Source: Eledone cirrhosa (taxonomy: Eukaryota). Taken from it: a stretch of DNA of 64,000 nt. The translations under genes were made by a program, and so were the position numbers. Location of the stretch: assembly GCA_964016885.1 (NCBI GenBank), contig OZ024743.1:214830001-214894000 (forward strand), written 5' to 3'. Below the pieces are notes generated by a model. The model saw only the letters and a list, made by a program, of their open reading frames with translations. It searched no databases and had not been told where the DNA came from. Shown here in pieces: positions 1 to 17,600 of this stretch. The first letter of the stretch is position 1. Each line of letters opens with the position of its first letter.

Positions 1-88
1 TTATCCTTATCGAGCCCTCTTTGGATTTTAGTCTTCAAATTTATTATTATTACTATATATTTATATATATATATATTTATGAAGAGAT

Positions 89-215
<127 letters not shown>

Positions 216-622
216 AGCATTGATATATCATAAATCACTGTAAGATTTGTTGAGAGTTCATGTAACGTTGCGGGAATATTATATTTACACAAATCAATTC
301 CTAAAAAAACTAGTTGTTAAACCAAAGATAAAATCATAGAGAAATTCTCACTTAATCGTTTGGTATGTCATGGAACGTAAACATAATTATCCCGAGGATT
401 TACGAAAAATGCACATCTAAAATAACGTATGTTAGATTAACTCCTGCGTAGACATTGCAGTTGGCTGAATTGTTGATAATCAATGTCTTAATAAATACAA
501 AACAAGACTCATTAAGAATGAAAAAACAAACAATAATAATTCCACACTTAGCAACAAGTCAAACAATTTGTGAGAGTGAAAATCCTGTACGTGACTGGCA
601 TTGTCATATTAATAGCAAGTAG

Positions 623-847
623 GGAGGTGGAATAGCAGTATCGGTAGAGTGTAGGACGCCATGCATTGCAACATAGAGTTACGGCCCTTTATGATCAGAG
701 TTCAAATCCTGCCAACGTTAACTTTGCCTTTCATCCACACGTTGTCGATAAAATAAAGTAACAGTCACGCACTGGGGTCGATTTAATCGACTTCCATCTC
801 CCCCAAAATTGCTGGCCTTTTGCCTATATAAGAAAACAATATATTAC
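623..847 (+). mobile_element. tRNA-derived SINE (family A) with probable target-site duplication
   Basis: A-box-like TAGCAGTATCGGTAG, B-box-like GAGTTCAAATCC, body TTGCCTTTCATCC..GTCGATAAAATAAAGTA. TAGCAAGT at 613-620 and 848-855 looks like a TSD. Homologous to 19345-19528 and 42221-42407. Confidence 0.8.
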
Positions 848-1417
848 TAGCAAGTGGATAAAGGCTAAGTTGCCCTTGGTAGGATTTGATCACATAACAT
901 AAAGATCGTCAACTAAATGCTAAGATCTAATCAAAAGTATAAAGACTGAAATAGAAGTCATATAATAATGATATTAGTGATATGTAATATCGCCAAAAAA
1001 TATGTATATAAATAAATAAAACAAAGATGCTGTAAGGGTAAATATATCTGAAATGAAAAAAAATGTAACATTATGTATGCCAACAAAAATAATGTTGGAT
1101 TCAAAGGTCAAAGTCTTCCAGAAACATAATACTTTAAAGAAAATTAAAGATAAAGAAGGAGAAAAGAATTCCTAGCAAAAATATACGGGGAAGATAAAAA
1201 TAACCTCATAATCATTTAAATAAAGATATGTGAATGTTGAATATTATCTTAGAGATATAAGAAAATGTTAGATAAATAAATGGAAAAGAAGCAAATCAGA
1301 TAACTTAAAATCACCGGGCATAAGATATATAATGAATGTCATGAGAAGTACATTTTCTAAATGCAGGTGGACATTAATCCATTTATATTGCAAAATAAAT
1401 ATTCCTTGCAAACATTA

Positions 1418-1825
<408 letters not shown>

Positions 1826-1826
<1 letters not shown>

Positions 1827-2389
1827 CCTGTCGCATGGTCGGGTCGTTGGCGACTAAACTGGCAACCCCACCAAGGTTTCTTGGTGAGGAGGGTGACTTT
1901 GGACATCCTGCAGGACTAAAAACAAAACCTGTCAAAGGGCAAAGGAGCTCTTAAGAGTCCATGGCCATCCAAAATCACCGGGAGAGATGACCCCTTAGCC
2001 TTTGTCAAGGCAGAATTCTAGGAGAAGGAAAACTCTGATATAACACCTGCAACCCTGATGGTATCCAATGATGTTGAATTGTTCTTCTTTTTGGTAAATA
2101 TCATCTTGGTTAAGAGAGTGGGACTGGCTTTGTGCAGTGCCTTTGCTCACTATAAAAGCTTCACGGCACAGGTATTGCTTTATATCTGGAGATCTCTCTG
2201 CACTTGTCGTCACATGGTACCATGGGCCCAGCACTATGTCTCAATAATTGTCACAAGTGTAGGGTTTGTACCAGAGTTTTCAAGTCGCTGGCTGGACTAA
2301 AATTTCACACTCGTTCAGCGCATCTGTAGGGGTTCTCCTACATGGATATAAAGTAGTGGCCGTACTCGAAAACGAGTTGGCAGCTACCA
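1826..2389 (+). mobile_element. Bipartite non-autonomous RTE-clade derivative (5' UTR plus 3' end with C2H2 finger remnant)
   Basis: RTE-like 5' UTR motif CTAGGAGAAGGAAAACTCTGA; 2258-2329 reads [23 protein letters not shown]; 3' hairpin CTCGAAAACGAG then TA tail; close copy at 56860-57425 on the minus strand. Confidence 0.7.
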
Positions 2390-2417
2390 TATATATATAT
2401 ATGTATATATATATATG

Positions 2418-2474
<57 letters not shown>

Positions 2475-2493
2475 ATATATATATATATGTATG

Positions 2494-3882
<1,389 letters not shown>

Positions 3883-3912
3883 TTATTTATATATATGTAT
3901 ATATATATATAT

Positions 3913-3964
<52 letters not shown>

Positions 3965-4126
3965 GTGTATATATATATGCATATAATTGATTGATGGACG
4001 AGTGTGGGAAAATAGTACTCGATACCGAAGGATTGTTTACAATTGTTTTACTATGAGTGAGTCTAGATAGTCTGTAGCAATCGCAGGCGGAAAGATAGAC
4101 ACACACACACACACACACATGCACAC

Positions 4127-4216
<90 letters not shown>

Positions 4217-4324
4217 TATTTTCCGTTGTATTGTAATATAAATATTACACACAGTAGATTGACAGCTCACGTAGAGATGGCTCGACGGTTCCAGTTGTAG
4301 ATCCAAAAGTAATCCGGAGAAAAA

Positions 4325-5052
4325 TAGAAAGATTTGAATGGATACAGTTTAGTTGAAAGGAATTTATTGACACGTGTTTCTATAACAGTTACATAACCTG
4401 AAAACAGCTGCTATCTACAAAGTATTAGTTATGCAGACATTCAATATTTCAATGTTATTATTTACTGTCATTTCATCAGAATAATATTACTGAGGACCTG
4501 TTTGGTTTTTATAGAGAATATTAGGAGGGAGGGGTGAAGTTGTTAGAAGAATAGTTGAGGGAGTAGTTTTTTGATAGTAGTGAGAACTTTTGGTGGCAGT
4601 GAGTAATTAGATTCCCATCTGTTGTTTTGACATTTTTATAGAATATATTATTGTATATTTTTCTAAATCTATAGAAGGATTAGAGATAGTAAAGATATCC
4701 TTCAATAGATTTAGAAAAATAACCAATAATATATTCTATAAAAATGTCAAAACAACGGATGGGAATCTAATTACTCACTGCCACCAAAAATTCTCACTGC
4801 TATCAAAAAACCACTCCCTCAACTATTCTTCTAACAACTTCACCCCTCCCTCCTAATATTCTCTATAAAAACCAAACAGGTCCTCAGTAATATTATTCTG
4901 ATGAAATGACAGTAAATAATAACATTGAAATATTGAATGTCTGCATAACTAAGACTTTGTAGATAACAGCTGTTTTCAGGTTATGTAACTGTTATAGAAA
5001 CACGTGTCAATAAATTCCTTTCAACTAAACTGTATCCATTCAAATCTTTCTA
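4325..5052. repeat. Inverted repeat (~355-bp arms, 16-nt spacer) containing a degenerate hammerhead core
   Basis: 4325-4680 is the near reverse complement of 4697-5052; CTGATGA-AATG..CATT-GAAA at 4898-4930. Confidence 0.85.
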
Positions 5053-5074
5053 TATATATATATATATATATATA

Positions 5075-7085
5075 GTGAAAAATGAAACGGAAACAAAACA
5101 GAGAGGCAATACAAACGAAGGTTTATTAGTTCCACGCTCTTGAGAATGTGGGGTGAGGAACGACGTTTCGGGCATAAGCCCTTCTTCAGGCGAAAAGTGT
5201 GTGGCAAGAGAGTTCTGATGGTGTCTAGGGTGTGGAGGAGAGGCATTTAGAAAAAAAAGTGGGTGGGCGGTGGAAGGGGTACAAATAAAAATAGAAATAA
5301 ACATGAAGATAAACAAGTGGTGGAAAGGTCTAGAGCCTGTAGGGGTGGTGGCGGATGGTGTGGGGAGAGGGAGGCGGGGTGTCCGAGCGGGGGAGAGCTG
5401 AAGGTGGTGTATGTGTGTAGGTGTACGTGTGTGTGTATGTGAATATGAGAGTTGGGGAAAGAACGAGATTCCATGTTCATGAAAATTTGTGTATGTGGGG
5501 TGTAGGTCGGTGTGTGTGCGTATGGATGGGGAGGAGTCAGAGGGGTGGGGGAGGGGAGAGAGGATTCCGGAGGCTGAGTGTGTATATATGTGGGGGTACG
5601 CACGTGTGTGTTGGTGTTTATACGTTTTGTGGATGTAGGTGGCGTGGTTCGAAAAATATGTTTGTGAGTGTATATCTGTGTGTAAGTTCCTAAGGTAGTT
5701 CCGTAGAGGATGTGAAGAGTGGCCGGATATGTCCATGTCATGGAGTAGATAGTCGGAACGATGGACAATGGTGTGTAATCCGTGGTTGTGGTAGTCGGAA
5801 GAAGGGAGATGTGGGCTGCGCGCGCAACAGGAAGGGGTCAGAGGGTCAAGGCAGGATGAGGGTAGATGAGAATGAGAGGTGGAGAGGATTGTGTGTCTGT
5901 GTGTGCGGGAAGTGGTCAGAGGGTCAAGGTATAGCAGCAGTAGAGGAAAATGGCAGGTGGAGAAAGTCAGTGTGTCTGTGTGCGGAGGTGCGGTGGTCAG
6001 GGGAGAGGATGGGTATGTGTGAAAGGTAGAGTGGGGAAGGGGTCATGCGGGGGGATGTGGTGTGTATTAGTAGAGGTGTTAGTAGGATGTGTGTGTGTGA
6101 ATAGGTGTGGGTGGAGAGGGGAGAGGGAGAGAAAAGGTGTGGGGGCCGATGGAGGGAGTGGAGTGTACTATTGTGTGTGCGTGTTTGGATGAGTGTGTGT
6201 GTGTGGTGAAGGGGGTGTTAGTGGGTGTTAGTATACTGGTGGTGGAGAAAGGGTTGAATGCGGATGTATTAGTGGGGGTCAGTAGTAGTAGGGTGTGTAG
6301 AGTGGCTGGTGTAAGTGGGTGTGGGTGGGTATGTGTGTTCATGTGCGTGGGGTCGGGGGGATGTTAGTGGTATTAGTTGTGGGGTGGTTGCAGTGGATGT
6401 GTGCATGAGGGTTAGAGGTAGTAGGGTGTGTGGATAGTGTGAGTGCATATATATATGTACCGGTGGGTGTGTGCGTGATAGGGGGAGGGCTGGGGATATT
6501 AGTATTGTTAGTTGGGGAGGGTGGTCGGGGGTGGGGTGGGGGTATTAGTATTGTTAGTTGAGGGGTGGGCCAAGGGTGTGGGCGGTGAAAGGGAGGAGTG
6601 TGTTAGAGGAGTGTGTTTGTGGGGGATATGTGTGTGTGTTGGGCTGTCCAAGGCTAAAGGAATAGTGTTGGGGAGTTCAGGCCGGGGGAGTGTGGGTATG
6701 TAGGGTGAAGATGGTGCGTTGTTCGACCCTGAGGCAGGTGGCGGGTGTTCCGTGGCATTGGAGTAGGCCACAGAATGTGAGGTGGTACGCGCAACGTCCA
6801 GGGGAGCCAAAGTGGCGGGCGATGGGGGAACTCCCGCCGAGACGAATTTCCCGGAGGTGTTCGGTGAACCGGTCCGCCAGGCGACGTCCAGTCTATCCGA
6901 CGAAGTCCATAGACTAGCTTGGAGGAGATGCAGCGGAAGGCGTTCCGGACAGAGCGATAGTGGCCGTTGGGACCCTGGAAGGTGGTGGTGTTGGTGATGT
7001 TGGCGCAGGTGTTGCAACGAGGCATGGAACTGGGAAGAGAGCCGGGGGGGGGGATCTGCGGACGAGGAGGGTACGAAGATTGCGT
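5075..7085 (-). mobile_element. 5'-truncated Neptune-like Penelope element (GIY-YIG C-terminus, ~1.5 kb 3' UTR, pLTR)
   Basis: Minus strand reads PRCNTC..., then after a frame change FVG*TGRRLADRFTEHLREIR..PIARHF..EQRTIFTLHTHTP(P-GLN); HHR at 5161-5191; homologous to 45677-47358; flanked by TA. Confidence 0.85.
5161..5191 (-). ncRNA. Minimal type I hammerhead ribozyme in PLE pLTR
   Basis: Minus strand CUGAAGA-A-GGGC-UUAU-GCCC-GAAACGUC; palindromic ACGU stem III; stem I very short. Confidence 0.7.
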
Positions 7086-8749
7086 ATATATATATATATA
7101 CAAATATACAAGTGTCTGTATTTATATATTTAGCGTCTTGTGACTAAGTTACTTTGGTTCACCAACTTGAGGACTCGATGCATAGGTGTGTCCGGAGAGG
7201 TATATATGATAATGAAAAAATAAGAATAAAGAATAACTCTGGGGTGTCGAATGGGTACTTAATCTATTTGACGTTGCAAGCTTGAGTTGAAATGTATTTT
7301 TACTCCCCGTTAATTAGTGGACCACAGGCATATATAGGTACAGGCATGCACGGAGACAGGTTTCGCACACAGGCGCACATTCATCCATACACGTGCTCAT
7401 ATAAACAAAAATGAGGATACACACACGCACAGATTCTTCGTACGGGCTCACGCATAAGAGATCTGGAATCACCTGATTCTCTGTGAATATGTTGGACTCC
7501 CAAACAGAGGAGCATTCTGGTGGCAGTCGAATACTATAAACATTAACGTAGAAAACTTCGGTTAAAAGATATGTATGGCCAAACAAATATAACCCACTAG
7601 CCGCTACGAACATCAAGCTCCGCATTCTCTGAATTCCGGCAGTGTGTTCCAATTTTTGAGCTACAAAATAACTGACAACAGAGCCCGTCCAAATTGGAAG
7701 TCAGAAGACCAGCTTGCATATAACAACATTTACGTAAACTACATAAACTATCGAAACGTTGGGTAATGAGAAATTCGTTTTTAAACATGTTGGAAATCAA
7801 AAGGCAGGATAGACTATAACAACAGCCGATTACTATTTTATCATACATACATATATATGTGAGCATACGTATTATGAATCTATGTATGTTTGTATGTATA
7901 TATAATATATATATATATGTGTGTGTGTGTATGTGTGTGTGTGTATGTATATGTATTTATATATATATATATGCAGTATGTGTATATAAATATAATATAT
8001 ATATATGTATATACATATAATGTATATATATGCACCGATTGACATGACAGTAAATGAACTGTCACCTGAGGCACACGTGAACATTATAAAGATATACATT
8101 GAATGGTTGCCTTACGCGACAGCGTCCTGGCGGAGACAGTATCAAGAGACAAACCAAAAGTGAGATAGGCAGTGGAAGACCTCAAATATATACTTTGGAC
8201 TATTGGAAAAGAATGACTTCATAACAGAGAGGAATGTGTGGTGAATGGCCGTGTTCAGATTATTGAAAGTAGATGTTCAAATTGCTAGGGGATTAAACTA
8301 GATCTAAGTTACTGGGGAAAAAAATCTGGAAAAATAAAGCGTATGTATGTTATAACCAAGACAGTGTCATGCACATGTTTTAGACATATATTTGTTTAAA
8401 TCTGAAATAGAATTGCTCCATTAGGCTATATAATCAGGGTACAAACATTTAAAATTAAATGACAGTATCACCCATCCAAGGACAATAGTAGTCTCTAAGT
8501 ATTCTCAAGATGAAATCGCAATATATATATATATTGTTATACTTGGGGAGGGTCATATTTGCGTAATATTGCCAGAATTAATAACAGAACACACTCACTG
8601 TTTGGTTGGTTTTCGCTTCTCGCTGTCTTTTATTATATCTGCGATCTAACTTACTCGGTCCACAATGTTGCCATTGACTGACCGGCGGTCAAAAATAATA
8701 CAGATACAATATAGACACAAACACATATATATATAGTTTACATAATTTA

Positions 8750-8787
8750 CATAAATCTTTCGTTGCACATCTGCAACATCGTCAGTG
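8750..8787 (-). ncRNA. Minimal hammerhead ribozyme in PLE pLTR
   Basis: Minus strand CUGACGA-U-GUUGCA-GAUG-UGCAAC-GAAAGAUUUA. Confidence 0.7.
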
Positions 8788-9099
8788 GTGTTATATTCAT
8801 TGTTCCTCCTGTTGTGTTGTATGCCTACGCCATTTTTTATTCAGTCTGTCTATATATTTATTTATTTATTTGCTTGTTTGTTTATCTTATTTTATTTTGT
8901 CTTCTTTGCGCATGCGTTTGCGAGTGTGTATAGTGTTATGTGTGATGTGTGACTAGTGTGTATAGTGTTGTGTCTGCTGGGTGACTAGTGTGTGTTTATG
9001 TGCTTGTTGTTATTGTGCTTGTGTATGTATTTATTTATCTTATTTTATTTAATGTTATTTACTTATTTATACTTCTCTTAGGTCAGTGTTGTTTGTTTG

Positions 9100-10301
9100 G
9101 GTGTTGTTGTTGTTCCACTCATTCTTTCTGTTTAGCTTTGGTCTTCTAATTTCTATTTCACTGGCCTCAATGATTTGCATATCTGCTGGGTCATTCCTAT
9201 GTTTAGATATTATTCTAATTTCTATGTTGTCTATGTTACCGTCATGTTGTTGTCTAGCATGTTCGTATAGTACTGACCCGTTTTTTCGTCCTTTAGTTCC
9301 CCCCAGTGTTGGTCTATCCTTTCACCTATGCTACGAGCTCTCTCGCCTATGTATGTTGTTGTCATGTTTCTGCAAGTACCCTCTGTACATCTTATGCTAT
9401 AGACTACGTTTCTAGTTTTACAGTTTATCCGGGGGTTCACCTTACATATGATACACTTCCTATTGGTACAGTGGTTTTTCTTAAAAGGGTAGGTTTTGCT
9501 GATCAGGGATTTTATGGTGGTTCCTGGCTTTTCTACCACCTTTATTTTTAAGTGGGTCTTTCTCAGGGCCTTTCTACACTGGTTAGCTAATTTCCCTCCA
9601 GGGGTGGCGTCCACAAACATGACACTCTGATATCTCTGGTTGTCGTACCATGATGTGGCCTTCCCTATCTTATGTCTAGCCCTATCTAAGCTATTCCATG
9701 ATTTGCTCCTGTATAGTGGGCAGATTCCTTTCATGTCCAGTTCTATGAGGGTCTTATACTTTTCCATGGCTACTTCGTATACTCTGACTCTGTCTCTTTG
9801 GTTGTAGCCAGAGAACTGCATGCGGTTGATGAAGTGTTGGATGTGTCCTTGCATTTCTGTTGGGTCGCACATGCTGGACATATTCTTCATCACTCGTACC
9901 AAATCTGCGATCAGAATATTAAACTTAGCACTACTGGACATTGCTGAGTTTTTGACTATCAGGTATTTGGAGGCCATGGGTTTAGCATAGTGTGAGTGGA
10001 GAATTTGGGCTCTCTCGTCTATAGTGTTAATCCAGAGTTCTGTGTCTAATATAGGTAGTCTATTGTTAGGGTGTTTGGAAGGGAATTCTATAGTTACAGT
10101 TATACTCTGGTGTATGGAATTAGCTATCTGCTGGATGCTTTCCATCGTGCTACGTTCTAAATCGAACTTGTTAGTGCTCTCTAGTGGGGGTGTTCTTATA
10201 ACTATATTGTTATCATCTACATAACGAGAGTACATGACGAGGTCTATGGAGCTTTCATTAAGGTATAAGTATAACAATATCTGTTTCGACACACATTTCA
10301 T
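9100..10301 (-). pseudogene. PLE reverse transcriptase (RYVDD, thumb) plus GIY-YIG endonuclease, frameshifted near 9290
   Basis: ORF 9231..10301: YSRYVDD, LPILD, HYAKPMAS, CIICK..CKTRNVVYSIRC..YIGERARSIGERIDQH; the C-terminal PKLNRKNEW lies in another frame. Confidence 0.9.
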
Positions 10302-10317
10302 ATAAAAAACCTCGCAA

Positions 10318-10389
<72 letters not shown>

Positions 10390-10441
10390 TTGTAAAAAAA
10401 ACCTCACTTTCTAATATATACCCACCACACAAAGACCGAAA

Positions 10442-11335
10442 ATGCCACCAAAGTCTCAACAAAACAACAACTCACTGAACCAGGACATCTTAAATGAACT
10501 CAAAGAGATTTGCTCTAAACTCTCAATTTTGACCAACAAAGTGGACCAAATACACATCTATAAAAAAGGACCCCACGAAGAAACAGAAAATACCCAAGAG
10601 ACGAATATTACTCCAGTATTAACTAAGCTAATCGAAACCATTGAAACAGCAATGCTCCAAAAGCTTGAACAACCGTTAGAACCCAATCTACGAGATGTCC
10701 ACTCAGTGAAAAACACCCTAATCAACATATGGACTCAAAAGCTCACAGCCCGCAAATTCGCCCTTTGGAATCTCCTAAAAAATAATGGCAAGGCAGACAT
10801 ATATGAACAGTGGCTAAACTCTACCCCAATCATCCTCCCCAAAAAACTCCAAATAAAACCCATCCCGAATGAACCAGAAAACCAACAAAGTCTTAGGGAA
10901 AAGATGGCATTGGAAACATTTAAAACAGAAATAGAACTGTTGCGATTAAGAGCCAACTCCAACGAAGAAAAATTCAAGTCACTCGACCAACAGATGGACA
11001 CAGAAATCTCAAAGCACTCTGAAGGCCTACTCTACAAAAAAACCCTAAAACTTTGGAAAGAAAACTGTGAGGATGAAGAACTCACATCCCTCCAGCGATG
11101 GGAAAAAAACGCCACCTGGTTCAACAACTACGAAATGGACTTCAAAAATGAACAACATACAGGTAACCCATTTTTAAAACAAACTAAAACTCACACACCA
11201 CATGCACAACAAATAACAAAAAAAGTAACAAAACGTCCAACATACCCCCAGCAAAACTATAACGATAATCCCAGAAACCATAGACAAAACTATAACCCTA
11301 CTAACAAAAACCAAAGATCACAAGGCAGGACCTGA
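10442..11335 (+). CDS. PLE-associated ORF1 (helical/coiled-coil-like core, N/Q/R-rich tail); probably extended to ~11637 before one frameshift mutation
   Basis: 297-aa complex ORF with an ATG 21 nt after the terminal repeat; a second frame open from 11305 continues the Q/N/R/P-rich tail to NHFLDQG..RK*. Confidence 0.7.
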   Translation: MPPKSQQNNNSLNQDILNELKEICSKLSILTNKVDQIHIYKKGPHEETENTQETNITPVLTKLIETIETAMLQKLEQPLEPNLRDVHSVKNTLINIWTQKLTARKFALWNLLKNNGKADIYEQWLNSTPIILPKKLQIKPIPNEPENQQSLREKMALETFKTEIELLRLRANSNEEKFKSLDQQMDTEISKHSEGLLYKKTLKLWKENCEDEELTSLQRWEKNATWFNNYEMDFKNEQHTGNPFLKQTKTHTPHAQQITKKVTKRPTYPQQNYNDNPRNHRQNYNPTNKNQRSQGRT

Positions 11336-11567
11336 TCCGCAGATCACAACCCACACAAAACCTATTCCAAAACCGTAGACCCCTGCCCACACAGAGCCTG
11401 TTCCAAAACCATAGATCCCAACCCACACAAAGGAACCAAATCTACAACCCAGACTATCAACAAACCGAACCTCAATACGTCCGAAACTTCTTTACAAGAC
11501 CACACAACAACAGGGGAAATACCATTAGATATAATAATACCAATGAAAAAACATTCCAGAAAAATCA

Positions 11568-11608
11568 TTTTTTAGACCAAGGCTACAGGACTCACGACAC
11601 CCGGTGGC
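11568..11608 (+). promoter_or_regulatory. Candidate -1 ribosomal frameshift signal (U_UUU_UUA, 7-nt spacer, hairpin)
   Basis: TTTTTTA at 11568-11574 is in XXXYYYZ register; GCTAC 11582-11586 pairs with GTGGC 11604-11608; the -1 frame is the RT frame, closed by TGA at 11544 and lacking an ATG. Confidence 0.55.
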
Positions 11609-11845
11609 ACAAACCGATTTTGAAAAACCGAAAATAATTAACATTTCAAATACAAACCTCTCAGCCCAACAAGTAAAAATTCTCTCCAAAGGTCTGAAAG
11701 TCACACCAACAAGGAACCAAATAAATATATATATTTTTAAAAAAAATAAGACTTCAGTTGCATTTTCGATTTCATCCCTTTTTCTTTATACTTCCACTCG
11801 TGTAGGACACCTCGGTTATTTTTCATTTTGTAAAAAAAACCTCAC

Positions 11846-11910
<65 letters not shown>

Positions 11911-11919
<9 letters not shown>

Positions 11920-12084
11920 GTGAGGTTTTTTTTACAAAATGAAAAATAACCGAGGTGTCCTACACGAGTGGAAGTATAAAGAAAAAGGGATGAAATCGAA
12001 AATGCAACTGCAGTCTTATTTTTTTTTTAAATATATATATTTATTTGGTTCCTTGTTGGTGTGACTTTCAGACCTTTGGAGAGA

Positions 12085-12091
<7 letters not shown>
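11911..12091 (-). repeat. Inverted duplication of 11674-11854 across a TA tract
   Basis: Reverse complement with a few differences (e.g. GACTTCAG vs GACTGCAG). Confidence 0.92.
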
Positions 12092-12136
<45 letters not shown>

Positions 12137-12140
<4 letters not shown>

Positions 12141-12266
12141 TTTCTGAATTTGTTTAGCAAGATTCTTTATCTGAAATCGTGTGTTGAAACCGATATTGTT
12201 ATACTTTGGGAGGGTCATGTTGCCAATAAGAAACACACGCACCAGTTGCTTTCACTTCAATTTAAT
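12137..12266 (-). mobile_element. Solo 3' end of the Nematis-like PLE pLTR
   Basis: Nearly identical to 44170-44300 and to the reverse complement of 59215-59345; embedded in TA. Confidence 0.85.
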
Positions 12267-12286
12267 TATATATATATATATATATA

Positions 12287-12377
12287 TGAAATAAAGTGTC
12301 TTGCTCAAGGACATAACGGTCCCGGAATCGAACTGTGAACCTTACGATTGCGGATGCAGTTCTCTAACCAATCTAAC

Positions 12378-12378
<1 letters not shown>
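12287..12378 (-). repeat. Inverted duplicate of SINE head 15653-15744
   Basis: 92-bp reverse complement with one visible mismatch. Confidence 0.9.
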
Positions 12379-15830
<3,452 letters not shown>

Positions 15831-17404
15831 TTGACCAAATTCGATCGACAGTTTAAAAAATATATATATTGAGAGAGATAGAAAGAGGGAGGTAGAGGGA
15901 TGTAGAGTGAGGTTTATACGAGAATGTAAATGCACGTGTACAAAATCATACGGAATATTGAGAGTTTATATGTGTCTGTGGTTGTGTGTCCGCCAATGAG
16001 TGTGGGATTATGGATATACGCTTAAATATGTCTGTATGGTTTTGGAAATCTATATTTGAAATTAAAGTTTTCTTACAAAGTATTCTGAAATCATTTATAT
16101 AGAAGGAGCAACATAGACAGTAAGAGTGTATGAGATACACATTAGGGTTTAAAGATATTTAATAATACTGACAGTAGACAAATGGACAATAATAGCACAT
16201 CAAAATTTGTTTATCGATTTGGTTTGGACGTATCTCAGTGAAGCATAACAACTAATTCTAGTTAAGGCGATCAATGAGAGTGTCCAATCAGAAGTAGATG
16301 GTTGGGAATCTCTTAGAATGTAGCAGCTGCTCTACAATAAATTAGGCCAGATGATTACTTGAAATGTAATATAGATATTGTCTCGAGAGAGTTGTCAGTT
16401 GCGTTTTTTCTGGAGTATTGGATGTATCTTTCCAAAAGATTTGGTCTTAATGCGAAAAGTACTTTTAAACTAAGTTGCTATCATGTTTTAAGTTATTGGT
16501 TTTTGCCGTTCATTTTGTTCATTATAGTATTACTATCATTAATATTTATATTTTCCTTGAATTTGGTTGTATTTATGATGAAATAATTGATTTTCTTTTG
16601 ACACTTATATAGAATATGTAAATGAATTCATGTGTTCTTTCAATAGTGGGGCTGTTGTTTATCCCTTCTTAGCTCCGATTATGTACGTCTATTATAAAAC
16701 AAATTACCGCTGTATACAGGACACCTAATATGTGCTTTATTTTTAAGGGCGTATTTTTAGAGAGTGTTGCTATCATTGCTTCATGCTCAGGTAAATTACT
16801 GCAATTCTATGTGATATATCATCCTTTGAAACTGATATTGTTATTGAATTGTTGAATAGCGTATAATTTATTGAGGTATTGCTAGAAAACTTGGAACCAT
16901 TATATTTTGTATTTTGGAAATACAGATGTTTTTATTGTCACCAAACATTCTCATGTCTGAAAGTGGTTTTATGTTTATATCACACTTTAGGAAGTTTCTC
17001 ATACAAGTGCTGGAGGAATAATATTTTAATAGGTTATTATTTTTTTTATAAATCTAGGGAAACGAGTGCACGCCATTTAATAAGTTTGTGATTGAAGACT
17101 ACACAAAAATACAGCTGGAGATTTTTTTCTAAATATAAAGAATTAAATATGTTCGTGTTCAGTATTATCAGAACATTACTCTTTCAGCGTCGTTGAAGTT
17201 AGTTAATTTAAACACTAGGAAAACAATACGTATTCGTAAAATAACAGACCCCTCAGAATTCATTTTTTTTTAAATATTACAGTTTTTTAAGAATTCAGAT
17301 CTATAGCGAATGTGAGTAGCGAGGTTTGTGGCTCGCTTTCTATTCTGGTCTGAATAAGATTCCAATCCCCATTATCACAATTTATGCAACATTACGATTC
17401 ACAT

Positions 17405-17600
17405 GTGAAGGTGTGTGGCTTAGTGGTTTTAGAGATAGATTCGTAATCGTGATGTGAATTCGATTACTGGACCGTGTGATGTCTTATTTACTTGAGCGAG
17501 ACGCTTTATTTCATGTTGCTCTTCTTGTCAAGAGTTAGACCGGTAGACATATTAGAAATGGAAAGACCAATGGAAACATTTTTTCCTTGGTTCGATTCCA
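17405..17600 (+). mobile_element. tRNA-derived SINE (family B), diverged
   Basis: GTGGCTTAGTGGTT A-box, ATTCGATTAC B-box-like, CTTGAGCGAGACGCTTTATTTCATGTTGC. Confidence 0.65.

Larger units (their letters stand above)
8533..10310 (-). mobile_element. 5'-truncated Penelope-like element (probably Nematis-like)
   Basis: Encodes RT C-terminus and GIY-YIG; 3' UTR with HHR at 8750-8787; terminal motif ATGACCCTCCCCAAGTATAACAATA related to 44170-45655. Clade assignment is from memory of motifs. Confidence 0.88.
10389..11858 (+). mobile_element. Internally deleted two-ORF Penelope-like element (ORF1 plus RT N-terminus, terminal direct repeat)
   Basis: 32-bp direct repeat TTTGTAAAAAAAACCTCACTTTCTAATATATA at 10389-10420 and 11827-11858; PLE RT N-terminal motif IINISNTNLSAQQVKILSKGLKVTPT at ~11634-11712. 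Confidence 0.75.

Noticed and set aside
623-720. tRNA gene
   Set aside because: The A/B boxes belong to a SINE head; no convincing cloverleaf.
6066-6610. Interstitial telomeric repeats
   Set aside because: The motif is RTTAGT in spaced pairs, not tandem TTAGGG.
5050-6703. His/Thr/Pro-rich and Gly/Val/Cys-rich ORFs
   Set aside because: They are low-complexity PLE 3' UTR; the frames are not preserved in the second copy.
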